Part shown: positions 15,548 through 23,136 of the stretch, piece by piece
Position numbering within the stretch: position 1 is the stretch's first letter
Layout of the letters: each line of letters begins with the position of its first letter
NCBI GenBank assembly: GCA_016699045.1
Contig: CP064957.1
Span: forward strand, 33,613-65,612
Source of the DNA: a bacterium
Lineage (GTDB): Bacteria; Babelota; Babeliae; Babelales; RVW-14
DNA: 32,000 bases
Direction: 5' to 3'
Notes under the pieces: generated by a model
Seen by the model: the letters and a program-made list of their open reading frames with translations, nothing else
The model's database searches: none
What the model was told of the DNA's origin: nothing
Program-made: the position numbers and the translations under genes

Positions 15548-17224
15548 TTAGTTAGATGCTTTTCGTCCTGGAGGTAAGCCTTGGTCAGTTCTTCTGCGTG
15601 AAGGTGCGGCTGGCTGTTCAGGAGCTGCGGCTGCTGGTTGCTCGGTTGTGGTGCCTTGATCTGGTGACGATGCTTGAGCTTGTTGAGCAGCTACTGCGGC
15701 ATTGTATTCTGCGAGTTGTTTATTATACTCAGCCATTTTTTGTTGATAATCAGCTTCAGCGGCGGCGGCAGCATCTGTAGCAGCTTGGTCTGTTGTTGTG
15801 GCTGCAGGTTGGGCTGCGGCTGCTGGTTGCTCGGTTGTGGTGCCTTGATCTGGTGACGATGCTTGAGCTTGTTGAGCAGCTACTGCGGCATTGTATTCTG
15901 CGAGTTGTTTATTATATTCGGCCATTTTTTGTTGATAATCAGCTTCAGCGGCGGCGGCAGCATCTGCAGCGGCTTGGTCTGTTGTTGCGGCTGCAGGTTG
16001 GGCGATTAGCGTTGCTTCGTCTAGTGCCATTTGTTGTTCGACCGCGGCTTGTTCTGCTGGTTCGGTAATGACTATTCTTTTTGTAGAGATTTTTGATGGG
16101 ACAATGCCGGTATTTTTTGGTGCTGCATCGGTTGTTTCATCGATCGCTTGATCATCGGCGCTTGCTTGGTCATCTGGTACTATTTGAGCTTTTTTGGCTA
16201 CCGCGTCTTGGTGCTTCTTTCTTTTTCCAGGTTTACCTTTTATTTTTTTGCCTGCTTGTTTATGAGGTTTTCTGGCTGGATATTTTTTTGAACTGATCAC
16301 TTTTTGTTTGCCACCGTGTTTTGGTTTAACGCCTTGTTTTGCGCGTGCATGGTCGGCAAGTGTTTTCTTTTCTTCAGGCGTTAATTTTTTAGGGTCTTTG
16401 AGCAATAATGCCTTGATGGCTTTTTTATCAGCCTTTTTTTGTTCTAAGCGCTCAAGCATTGCCGTTTCTTGTTCCGTCAACGTGGTGCCGGCAGCTTTTT
16501 TTGCTTGAAGATCTTTAAGATATTGGTCGGCGATCATATTTTTTTCTACGCGCTCGCGCTCGCGTTCAATTTTGCTTTGTATGTTGCCGCCTTTTATTTT
16601 AGCGCGTGGCTGTTGAAGCTTAGCGCGTGGATGTTGGAGTCTTTTTTTGACGTGGTGTTTTTTTTGCTTATGCCCACCCTTGCCGCCGCCTTGGCGTCTG
16701 TTTTTGCGATTCATTATTTCTTGCATGATATGGTCGTTTGCTGCAAGTTTTTGCATTTTGTTTTTTTTGTTTTTTTTCAAAAATTTTGGACGTCTTTTTT
16801 GTTTGCTTTTACCACGAGCGATACGTTTTTTATGACGTCCGCCAACGCGTCTTTTGTGTGTTTTGCGTCCGACATTTGGTCTGCGTTGTCGGCGTTGTTC
16901 TGGTGCTTTTTGTTCTTCTTCTTTTGCTTGAGCAACGGTGCGATTAATTTCTTTGCGCAAAAGTTTAAGAAAGCGAGCAGGGATGGCGCCAGGGATTGCA
17001 TGAACTTTTTGTTTTGGCTGAACAACTTGCACTGTGGCATGGGTTTTTTTAGCTTTATGTCCTTTTTTTCCAGGCGCATGTTTTTTGGAGCCTTTTTTTT
17101 GATGCGGTGCTTTTGTAGGCAACGTATCGGCGGCTGTCCACGCCGTAGCAGGATTTAACAAAAGTAAGAGGGTGAGTAGATGCAAGGCGCGTAAGGCAGA
17201 GGGTCGTTTTATGGAACGTGACAT
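15548..17224 (-). CDS. Secreted, extremely Lys/Arg/His-rich protein with an Ala/Gln-rich tandem-repeat C-terminus
   Basis: I place the start at ATG 17224 (MSRSIKRPSALRALHLLTLLLLLNPATAWTA), with AAGGAG 6 nt upstream. Basic tracts include KKGSKKHAPGKKGHKAKKTH and RRQRRPNVGRKTHKRRVGGRHKKRIARGKSKQKRRPKFLKKNKKNK. The C-terminal part contains two 63-aa repeats. Confidence 0.85.
   Translation of the reverse strand: MSRSIKRPSALRALHLLTLLLLLNPATAWTAADTLPTKAPHQKKGSKKHAPGKKGHKAKKTHATVQVVQPKQKVHAIPGAIPARFLKLLRKEINRTVAQAKEEEQKAPEQRRQRRPNVGRKTHKRRVGGRHKKRIARGKSKQKRRPKFLKKNKKNKMQKLAANDHIMQEIMNRKNRRQGGGKGGHKQKKHHVKKRLQHPRAKLQQPRAKIKGGNIQSKIERERERVEKNMIADQYLKDLQAKKAAGTTLTEQETAMLERLEQKKADKKAIKALLLKDPKKLTPEEKKTLADHARAKQGVKPKHGGKQKVISSKKYPARKPHKQAGKKIKGKPGKRKKHQDAVAKKAQIVPDDQASADDQAIDETTDAAPKNTGIVPSKISTKRIVITEPAEQAAVEQQMALDEATLIAQPAAATTDQAAADAAAAAEADYQQKMAEYNKQLAEYNAAVAAQQAQASSPDQGTTTEQPAAAAQPAATTTDQAATDAAAAAEADYQQKMAEYNKQLAEYNAAVAAQQAQASSPDQGTTTEQPAAAAPEQPAAPSRRRTDQGLPPGRKASN
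15623..16000. repeat. Tandem duplication, 2 x 189 nt (63 aa), inside the 15548..17224 CDS
   Basis: By eye, copies 15623-15811 and 15812-16000 differ at only about 5 positions. Confidence 0.9.
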
Positions 17225-17374
17225 CGTGTCTCCTTCGATTAGGATTTTTTCAAAAACTACGTTAATCAAGACCCTAGCATGTGGCTAATTTGAAATGGAA
17301 GTATTTTGAAAAATGGGAAAAAAGAGCACTAAAAAAAGCCGATCAGTGAATTATGTTTTTAGTACTTTAAGGTG

Positions 17375-17549
17375 CCGTTCAAATTCTTCGACAAGCTCAG
17401 AACGAACGGCTGCAATGCCAAGGGCTCATAAAAGACAAGAAAAAGAGCTTTCAAAAATTTACACAGTAAAAAATCTAAAGTACTGCCGTTTAGTTTAAAA
17501 AAGATTCATATCCGCCGTTCGTTCTGAGCTTGTCGAAGAATTTGAACGG
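17375..17549. mobile_element. MITE-like element with perfect 35-bp terminal inverted repeats of the type A family
   Basis: CCGTTCAAATTCTTCGACAAGCTCAGAACGAACGG (17375-17409) is the exact reverse complement of 17515-17549. The 105-nt AT-rich spacer has no coding capacity. Confidence 0.75.
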
Positions 17550-17583
17550 CCGTATAAATCAAATGGTGTGAATTGGCAAATAA

Positions 17584-17617
17584 CAAAAAAAGCCGATCTG
17601 AACGACCGGCTTTTTTT
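17584..17617 (-). terminator. Rho-independent terminator after the MNT-HEPN operon, part of a 67-nt repeat
   Basis: The AGCCGATC...GACCGGCT stem is flanked by an A-run and a T-run. A near-identical copy lies at 18435-18467. Confidence 0.7.
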
Positions 17618-17644
17618 CGTGAAAGGTTATGATTGGTTATCTTT

Positions 17645-18055
17645 TTACTTTTCGAAAAGAGGTAAGTTATTTTTCGGCAAAGCCGTAACTTTTTTTTCAA
17701 CAAAATTTAAAATCTTGTTGGCCATGCTAATTGCTTGTTTAATGTCTTCTTGATCTACAAAAAAACGGTCGTCAGGATAGCGCGAATAAACGCCATACGG
17801 ATTTAAAAAAAGTGCTTCGTTTTCAAGGGTTTTAAACGATGAATCTGCTTGAGCACATTCTTCTAAAATTTTTTCGAGATCATGACTTTTTAAAACAGGT
17901 TTTTTGCAAAAAACTAAATATGTTTTGAGTGCTTTTTCGGCACATTGATGTGCAAGATAAACAGTAACGTCTCCTACCTCTTCATTGCTCGATGACATTT
18001 TTGCAACTATTAAATCGTTTGAGGCTTTTCTCAGCCAGTCTTTAATTCCTGGCAT
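17645..18055 (-). CDS. HEPN domain protein (putative toxin of an MNT-HEPN pair), pair 2
   Basis: The sequence reads ...AHQCAEKALKTYL...KSHDLEKIL...YSRYPDD, which is classical HEPN-domain-like. Its ATG overlaps the upstream NTase gene by 14 nt. Confidence 0.75.
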   Translation of the reverse strand: MPGIKDWLRKASNDLIVAKMSSSNEEVGDVTVYLAHQCAEKALKTYLVFCKKPVLKSHDLEKILEECAQADSSFKTLENEALFLNPYGVYSRYPDDRFFVDQEDIKQAISMANKILNFVEKKVTALPKNNLPLFEK

Positions 18056-18362
18056 AAATTACCTTCCCTTTATTTTTAACTTGGTAAGGCAGCGTTGTGT
18101 AGTCAGACGTTCGTGCATCAAATTCTTCTTGCGTGTATACCAATAAATCTTTAGATATACTTAAACCCCATAATGCCTTCATACCGGCAAACGCTCGATG
18201 TTGCGGGCGTTCATTTGAAGATTCTACAATTACCAATAAATCTAAATCGCTATCGTCGTGAGGGGTGCCCCACGCATAAGAACCAAAAAGATAAATAGTT
18301 GTAGGTTGGTAAACAGCAACCAGTCTGTTTTTTACTTCTTCAATAACTTCTGGGCTAATCAT
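18042..18362 (-). CDS. Nucleotidyltransferase domain protein (MNT antitoxin component), pair 2
   Basis: IYLFGSYAWGTPHDDSDLDLLVIV carries the G-S...D-x-D motif. I place the start at ATG 18362 (MISPEVIEEV), because the ORF-track extension to 18518 runs through the terminator repeat. Confidence 0.82.
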   Translation of the reverse strand: MISPEVIEEVKNRLVAVYQPTTIYLFGSYAWGTPHDDSDLDLLVIVESSNERPQHRAFAGMKALWGLSISKDLLVYTQEEFDARTSDYTTLPYQVKNKGKVIYARN

Positions 18363-18434
18363 GGTTTTATCCTTTTCTGGCGCTTTAAAGACGTTTTTGT
18401 CAGTGTAAATAAAATGGTACGAATTGGCAAATAA

Positions 18435-18467
18435 CAAAAAAGCCGATCTGGATGACCGGCTTTTTTT
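18435..18467 (-). terminator. Rho-independent terminator of the 18490..20037 gene, second copy of the 67-nt repeat
   Basis: On the - strand, AGCCGGTC-atccagat-CGGCT is followed by TTTTTTGTT. Confidence 0.7.
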
Positions 18468-18489
18468 AAACGAGAGAGCGTGAATTTTT

Positions 18490-20037
18490 TTAGAATGCAA
18501 GACCAGCTTTGCCACCAATTTCCCAGTTGCTCAGTGCTGCATTGTCTGAAGCCCATTCATAATGCGTGTGGAAGCCAACCAAAAGTGGTACTTGGAACGT
18601 TTGCGATTGATATGAAACGCCGGCATAAATTTTGTTGCTCAATTGCGATGGCGTTTCTGCAGTTTGGGTGGTGATGTTGCTATCGACAAGTGGCACTTGC
18701 AGTTCACCAACAGAAATTCCTGAGCCGCTTGCGGTAGCACTTGGCGTTACAATGCCCCATTTGTTTGCGGTTGTACCAAAAATTGGTGTATTTTTTTTGC
18801 GATCAACATCTTCTTGATCGCGGTAGTACAGGTTGTAGCCAAGATCGATAGTAAAACCGCGGTTGTGGTAGGCAAAAGCAAGAATCATGTCGAGCTGGCT
18901 GCCGGGAGTGACATCGCAATCAACCGTCAATTTATTAGCGGCAGGAATCAAAATTGTGGCTGCGCCAGTAACTTGACCAACAAGTGCATAATGGCCCCAA
19001 GGAATTATGCTGCCATCGGTATTTTTTAAACCGAGCGTTCTTTGTTCAGTGCTTTGAAATAGATAGCGATAGTTTAGGGCGCCGTGAAATGAGAAGTTGT
19101 GTTGGTTGTGTTGCCACATGATGGCGCCGCCATCAAGGCCGGCACCAAAACCCCAGTGAGTGCCATTGCCAACGATTGCTTGAAAAAGTTTTTCGCTTTT
19201 TACATCATCGCCAGTTGGGATAGTAACGCCCACGTTGACGGCCAAGCGATAGTTTTCGTGGTACAAGCAGTAGTAACCAAGCATGAATTCGATGTCGGCG
19301 ATGCCGCTTGAACTATCATCGTTATTCGTTTTACCAAATTTTAAAAACTGCAGAGCAGCTTGCGCATTGGTAGCGTCGTTGTTGGCGCCGGTGCCATCAA
19401 AATAATTTTTCAAAGCGTTGGTAACTGATGTTGCAACAACGGCAGCTGTGCCAATGTTGATGGTTGCCGCATTGTACACTTCGGTAAAGTTGGCATTAAT
19501 ATTATTTTCAACATTAACAATTGGTACGTTGAGTGAGAAATAAAGACCATTCAGCGCTTTGTCTAAATTTTGGTGATGATTGAGCGTGATGCCGTACGCA
19601 CGTTGTTGTGGGTTGAGGGAAAGTTGTACAAGCTCGGTTGGTGTGCCGCTGGCAATGCCTGCGGAGTAGTGTACAAAGTGGCGGTAGTTTAAGGTTTGTG
19701 CGGTAACCGGGGCGTTGCCGCTATTTGAGCCAAAGTTGAAATTATTTTCTTTAAGTTGGTTTGTTGGTGGGTTGGTTGCTGGTGCAAAATATTCGCCCGC
19801 CTCATCTTTGTCTGTTGATGCCTGATAATAACCAATTACTTGCAAGCAACCGTTGTAACCCTTGTTTGTGCCTTCTCGATGCATTAAGTTTTGCCAGCCG
19901 TTTACATTTTCAAGCGCCAAATTAACGCCGTGTGATCGTGGATTTAAAAATGTTTTATTGTGCGCATCGTCTGCGTGCACGTGCGCTATGGCTGCCAGTG
20001 CGGCGATGATAAGACTTTTTTGTATGACGTTCTTCAT
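18490..20037 (-). CDS. Outer-membrane beta-barrel protein (porin-like), paralog 2
   Basis: Signal peptide MKNVIQKSLIIAALAAIAHVHA with a GGAGAG ribosome-binding site. The C-terminus is ...GGKAGLAF. It is strongly similar to 21031..22602 along its whole length. Confidence 0.82.
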   Translation of the reverse strand: MKNVIQKSLIIAALAAIAHVHADDAHNKTFLNPRSHGVNLALENVNGWQNLMHREGTNKGYNGCLQVIGYYQASTDKDEAGEYFAPATNPPTNQLKENNFNFGSNSGNAPVTAQTLNYRHFVHYSAGIASGTPTELVQLSLNPQQRAYGITLNHHQNLDKALNGLYFSLNVPIVNVENNINANFTEVYNAATINIGTAAVVATSVTNALKNYFDGTGANNDATNAQAALQFLKFGKTNNDDSSSGIADIEFMLGYYCLYHENYRLAVNVGVTIPTGDDVKSEKLFQAIVGNGTHWGFGAGLDGGAIMWQHNQHNFSFHGALNYRYLFQSTEQRTLGLKNTDGSIIPWGHYALVGQVTGAATILIPAANKLTVDCDVTPGSQLDMILAFAYHNRGFTIDLGYNLYYRDQEDVDRKKNTPIFGTTANKWGIVTPSATASGSGISVGELQVPLVDSNITTQTAETPSQLSNKIYAGVSYQSQTFQVPLLVGFHTHYEWASDNAALSNWEIGGKAGLAF

Positions 20038-20213
20038 AAACTACGCTCTCCATAAACTTAAAAGACCGGTGTTTTTCAAAACTACATCATCAGCAACGTT
20101 AGCATGGTGGGGGTGGCAAAGGGAAGTATTTTGTTCTTTGTTTTGAAAGAGTTGTTTGTTACCCTGTTATTATCGTTGTTGTAGGCAATAATTTTTATGA
20201 TACGATTGGGCTT

Positions 20214-20516
20214 ATGAAAGAATTAGATATAAAAACAAAAGAAAAGATAATAAATATTGTGCATGCGCTTATCGCTGATGCTGATATTTATTTGTTTGGT
20301 TCGCGAGCAACTGGGCAGCACCATGCCCACTCAGATATTGACCTTGCACTCGATGCTGGAAAAAAATTGGATCGGTTGGTAGTTGGCGAGGTTAAAGATT
20401 TACTGAGCGCTTCAAATATTCCCTATAAATTTGATGTTGTTGATGTGCATAATGTTGGCGATGATTTAAAAAGAGATATTATGAAAGAGGGTGTTTTATG
20501 GGCAAAGAGAAAGTAA
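20214..20516 (+). CDS. Minimal nucleotidyltransferase (HI0073-like), pair 3
   Basis: IYLFGSRATGQHHAHSDIDLALD plus FDVVDV, a clear paralog of 12629..12934. Confidence 0.85.
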   Translation: MKELDIKTKEKIINIVHALIADADIYLFGSRATGQHHAHSDIDLALDAGKKLDRLVVGEVKDLLSASNIPYKFDVVDVHNVGDDLKRDIMKEGVLWAKRK

Positions 20517-20926
20517 CTAAAAAAATAGATCATTTTGAAAAAGCTTTAAAAACATTGAACACGGTTCTGGTAAGATTTGAAGAAGTGACGCCAGATTACA
20601 AAGATTATCTTTTTATTCGCGATTCACTTATTCAGCGCTTTGAATATTGTACTGATATGTTTTGGAAAGTTCTTCGTGAGTTTATTATAGAAAAGCATGG
20701 CGTTGATGTGCTGGCAAGTCCCAAGGCTGTTCTTAAAGAAGCATTTGATGTGTATTTGATTGATGAAAAGCAATATACGCAGTTATTGACATCCGTTAAT
20801 GATCGGAATTTAACGTCGCATGCGTATCAAGAAGATGTTGCATTGCAGATTGTTGAATATGTTGCTGATTCTTACCAGCTCATGAAAATAATTATCGAAA
20901 AGATAAATCAAGAAATAAATCTTTAG
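20498..20926 (+). CDS. HI0074-like NTase substrate-binding / HEPN-type protein, pair 3
   Basis: R-x4-H motif in NDRNLTSHAY, plus SLIQRFEYCTDMFWKVL. It overlaps the upstream gene by 19 nt. Confidence 0.82.
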   Translation: MGKEKVTKKIDHFEKALKTLNTVLVRFEEVTPDYKDYLFIRDSLIQRFEYCTDMFWKVLREFIIEKHGVDVLASPKAVLKEAFDVYLIDEKQYTQLLTSVNDRNLTSHAYQEDVALQIVEYVADSYQLMKIIIEKINQEINL

Positions 20927-20973
20927 CGCGAGTCCGCACGATTCAGTAAAGCATTTTATTAAAAATGAGTAAT

Positions 20974-21005
20974 AAAAAAAGCCGGTCAGTACGACCGGCT
21001 TTTTG
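20974..21005. terminator. Bidirectional terminator between convergent genes
   Basis: GCCGGTC-agtac-GACCGGC is flanked by AAAAAAA upstream and TTTTT downstream. Confidence 0.7.
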
Positions 21006-21030
21006 AAAAATAGCTTATGCGTGGAGTGCG

Positions 21031-22602
21031 TTAGAACGCAACGCCAGCCTTCGCGCCAATACCCCAGTTGCTAATACCGGTATTGTCTGAAGCCCATTCA
21101 TAATGTCCGTTAAGACCTACAAACAATGGCACATCCCAGCCGTAGGTTGCGTAAGCAACGCCAGCATAGATTTTGTGTGTGAGTTGTGATGGTGTTTCTG
21201 CATTGTCGGTGGTAACGTTCTTTGAGTCAACAAGAGTAAGTCCGTTAACAAAGGAGGAACCGTTATTTGCTATACCAACAGAAGTATTTACATCTGGATT
21301 TACAATACCCCATGAGTTAGGACCAGCTGTAAGTTCACCAAAAATGGCTGTTGAACCTTTGCGATCAACATCTTCTTCTTCACGGAAGAACATGTTGTAA
21401 CCAAGGTCGAACGTGAAGCCACAGTAGTGGTACGCAAAAGCAACGATCATATCAAGTTGGCTGCCTGGTGTAACGTCGCAATCAACGGTCAACATGTTTG
21501 CAGCTGGAACCAAGGTTACAGCGCCGCCAGTAGCGTTTGATTTGCCAACAAGTGCATAATGGCCCCAAGGAATGATGTTTCCTGCAGCGTCTTTCAAGCC
21601 AAGAGTTCTCTTTTCTGTGCCTTCAAACAAATAGCGATAGTTCAATGCTGAGTGGAAGGTCAAGCTGTGATCGCCATCGTGCCACATTGTTGCGCCGCCG
21701 TCAAAGCCTGCACCAAGTGCCCAATGATCGCCGTTACCAACAAGAGCTTCGAAAAGCTTTTTGCATTCTGCATCATCGCCGGTTGGGATGGTGAAGCCCA
21801 TGTTCACTGCCAAACGGTATTTGTTTTTGTACAAGAAGTAATAACCAAGAATGAAGTCGATGTCTGCAACGCCTGTTGAGCTGTCTTCATTGTTTTTAGC
21901 ACCAAACTTCAAGAATTGAAGAGCTGCTTGTGAGTTGTTTGCTGCATTATTTGAGAAAGTACCGTCGAAGTAACCTTTTAATGCATCAAGAGCTGAAGGT
22001 TGTGGAGCAAGGAGTGGATTACCAACTTCACCAAGAGCTGCCACTGGAACCGCGCCAGCTGCATATTCTGGATCAATGCTGTTTTCAACGTTTACAATTG
22101 GCACATTGATCTTGAAGTAAAGACCTTTAAGTATTTTGTCTAAATCTTGATGATAGTTCAAGGTAACGCCGTAAGCACGTTGTTCTGGGTTGAGGCTGAG
22201 TTTGACTGTTTCGCCAACTGCAATATCTGTTCGTTGATGTACGAAATTACGGAAGTTCAAAGTTTGTGTCACGGCGGTGTTGCCAGCAGCTGATCCAAAG
22301 TTGAAGTCGTTGTCTTTGAGTGGGTTATCTACTGGGTTAGTTGCTGGAGCAAAATATTCGCCCAATTCTTCTTCATCAGTTGAAGCCATGTAATAACCAA
22401 TCACTTGAAAGTTACCGCCAAATGTATCGTCGGCACCTTTGCGGTGAATCAGTTTTTGCCAGCCGTTCACGTTTTCAAGCGCAAGGTTTACGCCGTGTGA
22501 ACGAGGGTTTAAAAATGTTTGGTTGTGTGCGTCGTCGGCTTGTACGTTTGACATGACTGCCAAAGCAGTAAGCAAAAGACTATTTCTTATTACTTTATTC
22601 AT
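21031..22602 (-). CDS. Outer-membrane beta-barrel protein (porin-like), paralog 3
   Basis: I place the start at ATG 22602 (MNKVIRNSLLLTALAVMSNVQA), with GGAG 9 nt upstream. The ORF-track start at 22617 is a GTG. The C-terminus is ...GAKAGVAF. Confidence 0.82.
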   Translation of the reverse strand: MNKVIRNSLLLTALAVMSNVQADDAHNQTFLNPRSHGVNLALENVNGWQKLIHRKGADDTFGGNFQVIGYYMASTDEEELGEYFAPATNPVDNPLKDNDFNFGSAAGNTAVTQTLNFRNFVHQRTDIAVGETVKLSLNPEQRAYGVTLNYHQDLDKILKGLYFKINVPIVNVENSIDPEYAAGAVPVAALGEVGNPLLAPQPSALDALKGYFDGTFSNNAANNSQAALQFLKFGAKNNEDSSTGVADIDFILGYYFLYKNKYRLAVNMGFTIPTGDDAECKKLFEALVGNGDHWALGAGFDGGATMWHDGDHSLTFHSALNYRYLFEGTEKRTLGLKDAAGNIIPWGHYALVGKSNATGGAVTLVPAANMLTVDCDVTPGSQLDMIVAFAYHYCGFTFDLGYNMFFREEEDVDRKGSTAIFGELTAGPNSWGIVNPDVNTSVGIANNGSSFVNGLTLVDSKNVTTDNAETPSQLTHKIYAGVAYATYGWDVPLFVGLNGHYEWASDNTGISNWGIGAKAGVAF

Positions 22603-23136
22603 ACTTATCTTCTCCACAAATTTATTAGTTTAACATGGTAACGTTTGTTTTGTTGAACAAGAACGTTTGCGTGAATGTGCTTGGTAGAAGCGATTGATGC
22701 CGTTGGCAAAAAAACGTCCATCAATAACATTTTTTTTTAGGGCTTCCTCCTTTCTTCATTGACTACCTTTTGAGATCTTTCTACCTACTCAAATCACGTA
22801 AAAACAGTAGCGTGTTGCGTGTGTTTAACGTGTGCGTATTGACTTAGAGTTGGTGATTTGCTTGACTGGTGCTGTATCTTTATGCGGCACCAATTTTACC
22901 CCTCAACAATCTCATGTTGATAGACTAACGATCCTCAACTAATATATCAAGTATTTTTTCACAGAAAGCTTGAATAGGCCTGCTGATCGATAAAATGGAG
23001 GTTAATTTTTTCTGTTTTTTTAATTTCAAACGTACACAGTTTTGAAAAAAATATCAGATGAGCCGATAAAGTATTAGAATGTTTTTGGTTATGATGTGAA
23101 TATAAAATTTTTTAAAATTTTTTTATCAAAGAGGGA

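Noticed and set aside
15556-17158. A series of plus-strand ORFs (15556..15780, 15793..16068, 16093..16296, 16308..16508, 16469..17158, 16647..16835, 16738..16947) and the minus-strand ORF 16777..17079.
   Set aside because: The plus-strand ORFs are antisense to the Lys/Arg-rich gene and 16777..17079 is an alternative frame of it. Their Phe/Leu/Cys-rich, stop-poor sequence comes from the AAA/AAG-rich coding strand and its complement. None has a ribosome-binding site or a recognisable motif.
17375-17409. A T-loop-like GTTCAAAT in the type A repeat arms (also at 6140-6150, rc) raised the possibility of tRNA genes or tRNA-derived elements.
   Set aside because: The flanking bases do not form a T-stem, and no acceptor or anticodon arms can be drawn. 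I recognised no convincing tRNA cloverleaf anywhere in the window, though a tRNAscan-type search would be needed for certainty.
18363-18518. A 52-aa N-terminal extension of the NTase ORF, and the overlapping ORF 18359..18556.
   Set aside because: Both run through the OMP terminator and the 67-nt repeat (peptide LLFANSYHFIYT, also produced by the copy at 17551-17620). The NTase homology starts after ATG 18362.
22606-22743. A 45-codon upstream ORF on the minus strand (MLLMDVFLPTASIAS...) ending a few nt before the OMP paralog 3 start codon, downstream of an AAAGGAGGAAG box.
   Set aside because: The SD-like box is about 16 nt from the ATG, which is too far. The peptide has no recognisable features, and I cannot test conservation here. 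I mention it only as a possibility within the finding on the long leader region.
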